Source: Neoechinorhynchus agilis
Taxonomy: Eukaryota > Animalia > Acanthocephala
Length of the DNA stretch: 64,000 nucleotides
Assembly (NCBI GenBank): GCA_051530055.1
Contig: CM121342.1
Location: 5,703,489-5,767,488, forward strand
Reading direction: 5' to 3'
Program-made: the position numbers and the translations under genes
In this document: in pieces, positions 53,389 through 64,000 of the stretch
Layout: every line of letters begins with the position of its first letter
Position numbering within the stretch: position 1 is the first letter of the stretch
Notes under the pieces: model-generated
Databases searched by the model: none
The model's input: only the letters and a program-made list of their open reading frames with translations
Told to the model about the DNA's origin: nothing

Positions 53389-56300
53389 CTAGCTCTCGTT
53401 ATCCGCCATTGTGAAGTCTACATTGTGCTTCTGATCTCTTTCTCTGCCTATTTTTTGATTTCGTTCAGCTGCATTGGCTTTGTGAAACCGTTGAATAACG
53501 TCTTTTCTAATTGTGGAACTATTTCCACTGCCAGTTAAATCATCGTCGTCATTGTCTGAATCATCGGTCATAATGGGTGCCGAATAAAGGCCGAACATCG
53601 CTCTAACGGCTTCATTTCGTTTCAAATGTTCAATAAAATCCGATCCGAGCACCTGGCTCAAAATCTCATAGCAAATCTCCTTATGGAAAGTGTCAATAAT
53701 CAAACAATCGCTCCCATCAACGATTCTACTTCGACTTGAAGTCAGCTTAATCTTTTGTTGATTAGAATGCTCACCGTCCTTTAGATACGTATCCAGACGT
53801 TTGAACCCGTTTCTTTGAGCATTCAAGCCCTTCTTATGAACTCGTTTAGACACCTCAGTAGCCAATTCCTCCACTTGCTCGCAAATGTGAGGCGGAACTC
53901 GGATCGAACGTATTTGACGAGTCCTGCTTTGTTCCGCTATTATCGCCAAAACGTTACATACGGCAGTCCGTACCGAAACCGACGAACTTCTCAAGAGAAC
54001 TGGACATCGGCTGAAAAACGAGCTTATTGATTGCAGTGCAAAACTCATGTCTTCGTTCACTGAAGACGGAATGGCACATCCGTATCCTTCGAGAACGCTG
54101 GCACATAGAATTTCAGCGGCTACCGAGCATTCTCCATTGCGATTAGCTTGACCGTTTCCACTTGTGACTTTTACGTTAAAGAGTACGTTTAGAAGGGCAG
54201 TCAGGAGACGACGACGAAGCTCAAAGTCCTCGTTCAGCATTAAGTCACCAACAACCAACATCCTCAATATTTCAGATCTTAGTCGAACGTCGACGTCGCT
54301 ACTCAACGCTGTATCAACGATAGCATCGAAGGTGCGGCTAAAATCATCGGAATAATCGCCGTCACAATTATTGGCACTTTTGAAAGAGATTTTTTAATGT
54401 TTAATTATCTCGACTTGTGATGTGGTAGCCGTTTTTCACTGATCCATTTCCGATATTTCTCGTCGGATAACTGTGTGGCACCAGAAGCATTAAAGTTTCT
54501 GGGGATTGTGCGAGAAGCGAAATATCGGAAATTAGTGCATTTTTGAATCCGGGGGCAAAACTCTCAGAAAAAAGTCTTCTTCCCCCGCCCCAAAGAGGAC
54601 AAAATAATCGAGGAGACCGTAAAAGGAATTCAGTTTGACAATTAAGAAGTTCTTAAAGCATTGATCGTAACGATTGATTACAGTGATTGGAAGCATTAAA
54701 GTTTCTGGGGATTGTGCGAGAGGTGAAATATCGGAAATTAGTGCATTTTTGAATCCGGGGGCAAAACTCTGAGAAAAAAGAGTCTTCTTCCCCCGCCCCA
54801 AAGAGGACAAAATAATAGAGGAGACCGTAAAAGGAATTCAGTTTGACAATTAAGAAGTAGTTCTTAAAGCATTAATCGTAACGATTGATTACAGTGATTG
54901 GAAGCATTAAAGTTTCTGGGGATTGTGCGAGAGGTGAAATATCGGAAATTAGTGCATTTTTGAATCCGGGGGCAAAACTCTGAGAAAAAAGAGTCTTCCC
55001 CCGCCCCAAAGAGGACAAAATAATCGAGGAGACCGTAAAAGGAATTCAGTTTGACAATTAAGAAGTTCTTAAAGCATTAATCGTAACGATTGATTACAGT
55101 GATTGGAAGCATTAAAGTTTCTGGGGATTGTGCGAGAGGTGAAATATCGGAAATTAGTGCATTTTTGAATCCGGGGGCAAAACTCTGAGAAAAAGTCTTC
55201 CCGTCTTCCCCGCCCCAAAGAGGACAAAATAATCGAGGAGACCGTAAAAGGAATTCAGTTTGACAATTAAGTAGTTCTTAAAGCATTAATCGTAACGATT
55301 GATTACAGTGATTGGAAGCATTAAAGTTTCTGGGGATTGTGCGAGAGGTGAAATATCGGAAATTAGTGCATTTTTGAATCCGGGGGCAAAACTCTGAGAA
55401 AAAGTCTTCCCCGCCCCAAAGAGGACAAAATAATCGAGGAGACCGTAAAAGGAATTCAGTTTGACAATTAAGAAGTAGTTCTTAAAGCATTAATCGTAAC
55501 GATTGATTACAGTGATTGGAAGCATTAAAGTTTCTGGGGATTGTGCGAGAGGTGAAATATCGGAAATTAGTGCATTTTTGAATCCGGGGCAAAACTCTGA
55601 GAAAAAGTCTTTTCCCCGCCCCAAAGAGGACAAAATAATCGAGGAGACCGTAAAAGGAATTCAGTTTGACAATTAAGAAGTTCTTAAAGCTTTAATCGTA
55701 ACGATTGATTACAGTGATTGGAAGCATTAAAGTTTCTGGGGATTGTGCGAGAGGTGAAATATCGGAAATTAGTGCATTTTTGAATCCGGGGGCAAAACTC
55801 TGAGAAAAAGTCTTCCCCGCCCCAAAGAGGACAAAATAATAGAGGAGACCGTAAAAGGAATTCAGTTTGACAATTAAGAAGTAGTTCTTAAAGCTTTAAT
55901 CGTAACGATTGATTACAGTGATTGGAAGCATTAAAGTTTCTGGGGATTGTGCGAGAGGTGAAATATCGGAAATTAGTGCATTTTTGAATCCGGGGGCAAA
56001 ACTCTGAGAAAAAAGGTCTTCTTCCCCCGCCCCAAAGAGGACAAAATAATCGAGGAGACCGTAAAAGGAATTCAGTTTGACAATTAAGAAGTAGTTCTTA
56101 AAGCATTAATCGTAACGATTGATTACAGTGATTGGAAGCATTAAAGTTTCTGGGGATTGTGCGAGAGGTGAAATATCGGAAATTAGTGCATTTTTGAATC
56201 CGGGGGCAAAACTCTGAGAAAAAAGTCTTCTTCCCCCGCCCCAAAGAGGACAAAATAATCGAGGAGACCGTAAAAGGAATTCAGTTTGACAATTAAGAAG

Positions 56301-56834
56301 TTCTTAAAGCATTAATCGTAACGATTGATTACAGTGATTGGAAGCATTAAAGTTTCTGGGGATTGTGCGAGAGGTGAAATATCGGAAATTAGTGAATTTT
56401 TGAATCCGGGGGCAAAACTCTGAGAAAAAAGGTATCTTCAGAGGAACTTTTTAACGGAGAATCAATTCAAGAATGTTCTCCGTTTTTTTTCAAAAGTGTT
56501 TCGTACTGAGTTGAATAAAAAGCATTCCCATGCATTTGACGGCTGTACATTTCGTATCGTTGGATTTTGATTTCAATGAGTGAGTTAAGAGAGCATCGTG
56601 AGCTGTGCTAGAAAACGAGGACAATACATTGAGCTTCTCGGACGAAAGATTTCTTGAAAGGACGACGTAGAGTCGTTGAAGATTCATGAGGTGAGGTACG
56701 GAGGGTCGCCTATTTCCCAGATCTTCCAATTGTTGATCAAGATCGAATTCAAAGTCAGACGTATTCGAAGGTTCCTCTTCCTCCCGCACCACTCGGCGAT
56801 CCTTCCTCCTTTTATTGGACGATTTGGACGGCAT
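53389..56834 (-). CDS. IFRD1: Interferon-related developmental regulator family protein; ~2-kb intron filled by a satellite array
   Basis: Exon 1 MPSKSSNKRRK...DQQLEDL...SLKSKSNDTKCTAVKCMGMLFIQL. 3' exon LATEVSKRVHKKGLNAQRNGF...YEILSQVLGSDFIEHLKRNEAVRAMFGL...RFHKANAAERNQKIGRERDQK. Both match the IFRD N- and C-terminal signatures. A small middle exon at ~54439-54470 is inferred. Confidence 0.88.
54484..56435. repeat. Intronic tandem satellite array, ~206-bp unit, ~9.5 copies
   Basis: The GAAGCATTAAAGTTTCTGGGG anchor occurs at about 54484, 54690, 54901, 55106, 55315, 55519, 55721, 55925, 56135 and 56341. Confidence 0.97.
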
Positions 56835-57097
56835 TCGCAAAAAAAACTGAAATAGATTTTTAAGAGGAGGGAATCGTCGACGTGAAAGAAACACTTTTAC
56901 GCTAGACGTTTTTTATCGTGGGATTTTCTCGCTCTCATAAACAAAGCTCACAAAGGAAATATTTTCCGCCTTTTTTGTGCCAATATCGACGATGGGTCAG
57001 TCGAATGTTCAATAGAAACAGGTCAAATCTATTAGAATTTTTATTAGTGGCTCAGCCGGTAGTCTTTTTGATAGATATTTTTCTTTCCATTCACCAA

Positions 57098-57495
57098 CGA
57101 ATGGACACCCGCAGTCCATCGCCGATTCATTGGTCTGGGAAGGTGCTGGTCCGTGCTCAATGCCCCCCAAGACCGTAGACGGTTAGAAGTTTGTACATCC
57201 TCGTCCGGAGGAGGGACTTATCAGTGAGTTCTCCCTTCAACACGGGGTATTTCTTCTCCTTTTGATTGTTCTCCCTTTGGCGACCGTGGATTCGAACCCT
57301 TTGACCCAACATCCAAAGACGGCCGAATGGACACCCGCAGTCCATCGCCGATTCATTGGTCTGGGACTGTGCTCAATGCCCCCCAAGACCGTAGACGGTT
57401 ATAAGTTCGTAAGAATCCCTCAGGATTCTCAGATACCTCCCGAGGAGGAGGAGGGACTCATCAGTGAGTTCTCCCTTCAACACGGGGTATTTCTT
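57098..57495. repeat. Imperfect direct repeat (period ~228-240 bp), GC-richer, related to one arm of the 269-bp hairpin unit
   Basis: AATGGACACCCGCAGTCCATCGCCGATTCATTGGTCTGGGA and TCAGTGAGTTCTCCCTTCAACACGGGGTATTTCTT each occur twice. It shares GAGGTATCTGAG, GGACGAGGATGTA.AAACT and CGATGGACTG with the 269-bp unit. Confidence 0.85.
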
Positions 57496-58160
57496 ACGAA
57501 ATCCCGGTCAAGACAAAACTTTTCCTTCAAAATGTTCTTCGAGACTGGTAGGCTCCCCTCAAACGATCCAAGAAAGGCCGGCAAAGCAAGGTCGACTAGC
57601 GCCCGAATTCCCAATCCCCCAGACGACACAGGCAAAGAAGCTTGTCGCCACGCCTCATCTGAGAGCTGGACATTTAAAATACGCTCGAGACAAGCCCTCA
57701 CCTTGTCGTCGAGCTTTGCCAATCCTTTTTTGTGTTTGAAAAATGTTGCTGTGCGAACCTTGTACAATAATTTGGGGATGAAGAGCGCGTTCTTTATGAG
57801 AAACAAGGCTTCATGAGCCGAGAGAGCGCTCACCCTATCGCACAGCAACGAAAGTTTCGGTATGATACGGCCGATCTCATCTTCCACATTTGAATCGAAG
57901 ACGCAACCGCCCAGGAGGTTGAGTTGTTCCCGAGTCACGAGTTTCAGACCTGGAGCTACGGCCTCGAACCCATCCATTAGTTCTTTGACTTTGGCGGCGT
58001 CTCCAATATTCAATACAAGGAGCTCACATTTTCCAGCATTGAGCTCAATGCTCATTCTCGAGGTCTCCCTTACGAGGCTATTGGATTTACTGTTAGGGAG
58101 AATGCAATTTGACCTAGAGGATCTCTTTGCTGCACTCCTCTTTGGGACCAGAGAAAATAC
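57477..58160 (-). mobile_element. Decayed CRE-clade non-LTR retrotransposon RT fragment (internal deletion removes YxDD)
   Basis: GVQQRDPLGQIAFSLTV (QGDPL-type motif, ~58075-58135), then in another frame ELNAGKCE...LNLLGGCVF...AHEALFLIKNALFIPKLLYKVRT...AWRQASLPVSSGGLGIRALVDLALPAFLGS. The QAxLPVxxGGLGIR...PAFLxS thumb pattern is the one I associate with CRE-clade elements. Confidence 0.8.
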
Positions 58161-58215
58161 TGGAAGGCTAACTTTCTCTCTCTCGATAGAAACAATAATA
58201 GAATAAAAATTCTAT

Positions 58216-61200
58216 TCAACGCAGAATTAAACAATACTTGCTGTAAACATCCTTTAAAGACGCCATTATCAGCTTTCTGGTCTCCATGTCAAGTCCAGAG
58301 CCATCCTCGGTTACTGCCAAGTAACATATCGCCATCATTCGCTTCAATTGCCGTTCACACTTTTTGACTTTATTGGAAGAACTAAAAGAAGTTTTTAGGT
58401 CTTTAACAAACAAAAACCCACGGAAAAAGTTCGAGCATCTTCAGTACAGAAAGGGCCAGGAACCACTGCTCATTCGTAAAGATCGAATCTTCAGAAAACT
58501 CTGCCAAAAGGCCGTAGGTCGAGTCAACAACAATCAGTTTCTCCAAATTCGATTTTTCCTGCTCAATCAATACTTCCTGAAAAAAAAAGATTTTATCGAA
58601 TTTCGTTGCCTCAAACCGACTTACCGAAGTGAACATTTGAGTAATGAAATTCTGTTTGTGGAGAAATCCCTTTGGATTGTTAAGGTAACGTTTCAGGACT
58701 CGGATAGTCTTTTCAAGAATAAACGAACTGGATTCACAGAAAAACAAAATCCTATCAGCGCAATAGGAAGCCAGTGATTGGTTATTGGAAGTATCGTCGC
58801 TTTCCACATACAACAAAAAAGCTTCGATTACATCAGAAATCAAAACTGATTTTCCTAGAAGACGTTTATCCGTTTTTAGCTCCAAAGTTAAATATTTATC
58901 CAGCAGTTGAAAAAAACGAAAGTTTTCATTTCGTTCAATCTTTATCGCTTGAACTCCTTTAATATCTCGCATCTCCATGGCACTTTTCTTGATATTTTCA
59001 ATCAAATTTATGACCATCGTTCTCAGGATCTTCGGCGAAATCTTTTCCTCGTCGGAATCGTATTTTTCAAGATAAAGGAAAATCAATGCAATGTATTCAT
59101 TAGCATTTGAAAGAGAAAATTTTTCAGTTACAATTAAATTTTGAGCAAGAAAGGAAATGGCCTGTTGTCGGCGATGTTTGTTTGCTTGTTTCATTGATGA
59201 ATCCAGGAGTTGTAATATCGAACAACGGATCGCTTCGGATTCCGACTTAAAGAGAATTCCTTTGACGTCGCGGTCACCGTCCTTCCAATTTAAAATTCTA
59301 TCTATTGTTAGATTCGAAATATTGACATTGAATATCGCCCCTTCGAGATCGATTGGCATTTGAGTATTCCTAGATTTTTGAAGTTTAATTACACCGGAAA
59401 AAATGGGATTCTGATGGTAGACGGAACGTGCCAAAGCGCTAAAATAAGACTTTATGCGTTCGAGATTATCTCTCACGGAATCGTAGTCAACATTCGAAAA
59501 TGCCCCGTTTCATCGTTGGTTTCTCTCAAACTTTAATTTTGCTAAGAATCAATTTTTGGTAAAAGTGTCGATTTTAGAGACGTGGACAAGTGGTTTTGAG
59601 TCCTTTAGAATTTTGTACTCTTTGTACCCTTAAAAATTCAATGCAGATATCCTAAAAAAAAGTAAAATATTTCGATAACTTCGAAGGTAAAGTTCCAATG
59701 TTTCTTGTTGAGTAAAAAAAACGTTCTTAGCAAAGAAGTTTTTTCGGGATTTAATCGAATCTTTTTCTTTAGGCAGATTTTAATCTTTCTGGTTTGTGAA
59801 AACCTTTGACAAATATCAAATCTTAAATTCTCAACCATTTTTCATCTCTAATTTTGGACAGTGAGTTGTTGAAAGTCCTAAAATCCCAATTAAGAGTTGC
59901 TTTTAAAATTAAAAATTAAGCGATTTAAAACGTTCTAATCGACTTACGCCATTAACATCGACGTTACGGACACTGGAAAATCTTCGATTGCTCCCGTGAT
60001 CATAAATTCAATTAAATGCGTATTAATTTCCGCTTTTCTCGTTTGCTAAACACTCGGCTTAATTCATTTTCTTTTGAGTGGTCTTACCGCAGCCGCTAAT
60101 AAGACTTTGATCAATATTTGTCGGTGAATATTCGATTCGATTAAATCGTTGAAGAATCCAGAAGCACAGGGCAATCGTTTCGGAACTTCAGGCTGCGGTT
60201 CTGGAAATCCTTCAATAATCAGAGACGGTGCTTCGTAGTTGAGCATCCATTCATTTTCACTTTGAGGCGTACAAAGTTCTTCTAAACAATCGCAATCTTC
60301 CTTTAAACAGACTTTCTTGTACACAACAATATTCAAGGAAATATCGATCGTTTTATCCATCGATTGCAACATTATCTTCAATTCCTCATTTTTGATTTCA
60401 TATGCACGTTCGTGGTCGGTGATGAGCCAATCAAATGATCCGTCGACCGAATCCAAGAATCGGGCAGCGATAAGGAGAATGCAATGCGTTTCTATGTTGT
60501 GGATTTTATACAACCTCGCAAATTCTTCGTAAAATACCGGAGATGACCGAGATTCGTCTCCGTCGTGTAACAATCCAGAAATATCGATTTCGTGGCTTGG
60601 TATTTCGTCGATTTTGAATGATGTGATCAAACTGACGAGCATATAAGGAGGCGCTACCGTCAATTTCTTCGAGATTTTATGTTGAGTCTATTTTAAAAAA
60701 AAAGAAATATTGTTAATTTGTAAATCTGAGCAAAAAAAGTAGAACACCGGACGAGAGTTTTGAGGTTTGTGAAGATTAAAACAGAAGCGTTGGTTCTGAT
60801 TTTTATTTAAACCTAAAAATGTTTTTGTTAAGAAAGTGCAGTCTCGGTTCTGTTTTCAGGAACTTTTAAATTTCAGTTATAACATTTCTTCAAAAATCTC
60901 AAAACTCGAAAGTTCGTTTGTAATTCATTTACCTCTCTATCACATTTTTGGCACGTTTGAACAATGACGGATTCGAAATTGAGGAGTCCATCGGTGATTA
61001 GCAGCGAATCCGTCTCGGCGAAAAACTGAACATTTTCGCTTAATTCGAAAAATCCGCACATTTGACACTTTACCAGTTTCCTAATAGTCATCGAAAAGGT
61101 TTTTAAAAAAATTAGATCTTTAGAGATTATCCGGCACTCGTTGTCGATTTTTAAAGCGCAATCGAGTAAAAAATTCTCAAAGCTACAATATTCTCGATTC

Positions 61201-64000
61201 TTGATTGATGGATTAAGAACGCCGTTTTTGAAACTGTACCAAGCTGAAGACCAAGAATTTTTTGCTTCCACATCCAACTCAGATCCGCCGGATTTAAAAA
61301 ATGTATGGAGCGTTTTTAGCATCAAACACTTTTCCAGCTCATCGCCGCTGAGCTCAATAACGGCATCGGAGATTTCTTTTACGTGGAAAAGGAGCTGCAA
61401 GCAGCTATTTGTAGAGCACATTCCGGACGAGTTCTTTAAAAATCATCCATTCTCTTTTTTTTGAGACATTTCGAAGAGAATCGACGATGAGTATTGATCT
61501 GGGTGAAATCGCAGAGCCTCTAATCGATTCAAGATTTTTTCGAATGTCCGTGCAGACATCTTTGGACCACGGATGCGTTTTCCGCTGAAATTTAAACATC
61601 GAAAAGTGTGAGAAAACGCTCAATATGAAATCTTCGTGAGGAACGAGATTCTTAGCGAGAACTTCAAATCGAGTCCAAATCCTTTTGTCGCGGTACCTAA
61701 ACTTTGTACGTTACTCAAGAGATTTTTTTGAAAAATGAAGCGAACTTACATTAAATGGAGAGAAGTGAATTTAAAATCTCGAGATTGTAAGACGGCTTCG
61801 TGTACATCAGCGAATGGAAGTGCCATGTTTTTCAATAAATAAAATGTGAATTCATTGATAAAAGTATCTTTGTCGCTTACTCCATCGTCCGTTTTTTTTA
61901 AATAAATCAAAGCAATTACCAAATCTAACACATGAACCAGAAAATACGAAATATTTTGAAACGCTGCTTCGTCGCCATCGTATTCTTCATTTGTTTTATT
62001 TAAGCACATAAAATGCTGGCACAGCTTGGATATTACCATTTCAACGTCTCCAATAATATCGATTTGAGAAGATTCGTATTTGCGTAAACAAAGATGACAT
62101 GTCAAGAGTTCGATTGATTGATCGAGTGAGCATAAATTTCGATAATTGCGATTTATTTTCCCATTTAAAACGAAGTCAAAATGGTTGCTTAACATCGAAA
62201 CGATGATCGTCTGGTGACTGGAAATTATCTCCAGAAGTAGAGCTGCGATTCTGGCACGAATCAAAAATTGATTTGGACAAAAAAGAAGAGCCAAAATTAG
62301 TCGCTGCCACTCTTTGTCCGTTAAGAGATCGTCCACCGATTTCTTATCACTTGATTGAAAAAATGTTCCGATCATATCGATAATCATTATACATCTTGTG
62401 AACGCAGTAACTATAACAGAATTTTCGACGTTTTATTCGAAAAAATAATCTTACCGTCGGTTCTTAAAGAAGCCTCCAAATGATAATATCCGCGTTCCGG
62501 CAAAATTATATCTTTTAAATTTTGAAAGCATAGAGATAAAAATCCTTCCTTATTTGAGTTGATGATTTCCTTAAATATGTAAAAAAAATTAAAAACTCTT
62601 CGAAAACAAACAGCGAAAATAGTCAGCGTTCGTTGAATTACTTTAAAAACTTAATTTTATTATACGGCGAAAGTATAAAAAATTATTGCATATTAAAGAT
62701 CAAATTAGAAATAAAATCTTGAAGCTTCAAATTGGTCTTTTACAGCAAAATTAAGTTCAATTTTGTTAAAATTTATTTTAAGCTTCAGTAATAATAAATT
62801 TGAACGAAGAAATAATTTTTAGAAATTTGAATGAAAACGTTTGCTTTCTGAATCTTCGATAACATTATTGCCATGCTAATTTACTTTTTATTCAAAGCGA
62901 AACTAAAATCTTAAATAGTTAAAATCAAGTATTTCAAATTTTTAAAACTGAGAAATTTATACCTGCGAAATTCTAGACGATTTTACGGCGGAAAAGCTAT
63001 TTTTGAGCATCATTCGAATCAATCGATGTCCGTCACCGATTTCGGCCATTGTTAGCGCACTTGTCAAATCTTTCATGAAATCAGTGAGTATGCAGTGGTT
63101 TTCTTCACATAGAACATTCCTAAAATGAACGGAAAAAGGACATTTCGAGTGTTCAGTTTGATGAGTTTTGGCTAAATCTCGAAGGAAAAATCTAAGAGTC
63201 TCTATTATATTTTATGATAAGCGACTTTTCTTGGAATAAGAAAATAAGATTCGTTTTAATAACTCTGAAAACTTTTGCTTCGTTTCTTTGAATTTCATTA
63301 AAACTTCAAAATTAAACTCAAAACGTTTCGTCGTTCGTAAAACAAAGCTTTTTTCGTAAAATGTTCAATACCAACCAGAATAAGGCAACCAACGCGTTTA
63401 AAACGAGTTTTCCTTCATTTTTATATACGACCAATGGCAGATCCTTGATCTCAAGAAGTTGCCGAATTCCGTTCGAATCTACGAACAAATACACGAAGTC
63501 TTTGAATCCTTTTGAACCTGGTAAATATTTGGATTTTTTCGATGTCAAAAGAGTGCCGATTGCCTAATCGTGAATCTGAGTTCAGTATTTAAACCGCCTC
63601 AACTTACTTCAATAACGTAAATAAGTTCCGCTGCCGAAATCGATGAAATTTTCAGTAATTTTATGAGACAATTTCCATCATTTCGTTGTGCGTTCTAAAA
63701 TTAACCTATTGAAATAATTAAATCCCATTTGACTGACTTCAAACAAATTGTATAATCCATAACAAATGTCCTGTGAAGTTGGTAACAAGTTTAATAAATA
63801 TACGGAATCGGTGACGAGCTCAGTTAATCTTTGAAAGTGAAAATTTTACAAGTTTAACAAGAAAATATCTTACATTGATTTGTCGGCATTGGTTTTGTTT
63901 TGTAAAATTTCTCTAAAAAAAGCGGAATCGCTGCATTTTAGAGAGCCAAGTAAAAAGGAATTGAACGTTGAATGTTCCGTTACTGCTGACGTAATGTCAA
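58216..64000 (-). CDS. Second (inverted) copy of the 3' half of the USP-like gene; 5' part lies beyond the window end
   Basis: Same ORFs as 19437-25221 in reverse, with scattered single-base differences (e.g. PPSENEWMLKYE vs PQSENEWMLNYE). Confidence 0.6.

Noticed and set aside
57270-57340. tRNA gene on the - strand around GGTTCGAATCC...CGCCA
   Set aside because: Only the T-loop/B-box matches. The T stem is incomplete and no acceptor, D or anticodon stems can be drawn at the right spacing.
57300-57370. HDV-like ribozyme (GGCCGAATGGAC resembles the HDV J4/2-P2 end)
   Set aside because: The required upstream P2, P3 and P1 partners could not be found on either strand.

Overview
AT-rich eukaryotic (animal-type) DNA with a compact gene layout and mostly 30-60 nt GT-AG introns. 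Recognisable genes are: a Diaphanous-type formin (-), DEK (+), a ~10 kb multi-exon divergent USP9X/24/34-like deubiquitinase (+), an Orb2/CPEB2-4-type CPEB (-), a large acidic mucin-like protein with a C-terminal NHL/beta-propeller-like region (+), protein kinase N (+) and IFRD (-). About 15.5 kb (~24%) of the window is taken by eight distinct local tandem-repeat arrays. Two near-identical inverted duplications are present: 10554-12512 vs 51068-53028, and 19437-25271 vs 58170-64000, the latter running off the window end. Decayed CRE-clade non-LTR retrotransposon RT fragments sit at or in their breakpoints. The most unusual signal is a family of long hairpins (3 x 269 bp tandem units at 33.4-34.2 kb, relatives at 11.4 and 52.0 kb, single-arm relatives at 57.1-57.5 kb). 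Their arms have diverged between subfamilies while staying complementary within each. No rRNA, tRNA or CRISPR array was found. Some repeat copies show indel-rich decay typical of imperfect long-read consensus, so single-base frame problems must be treated with caution. All gene models and alignments were done by eye.
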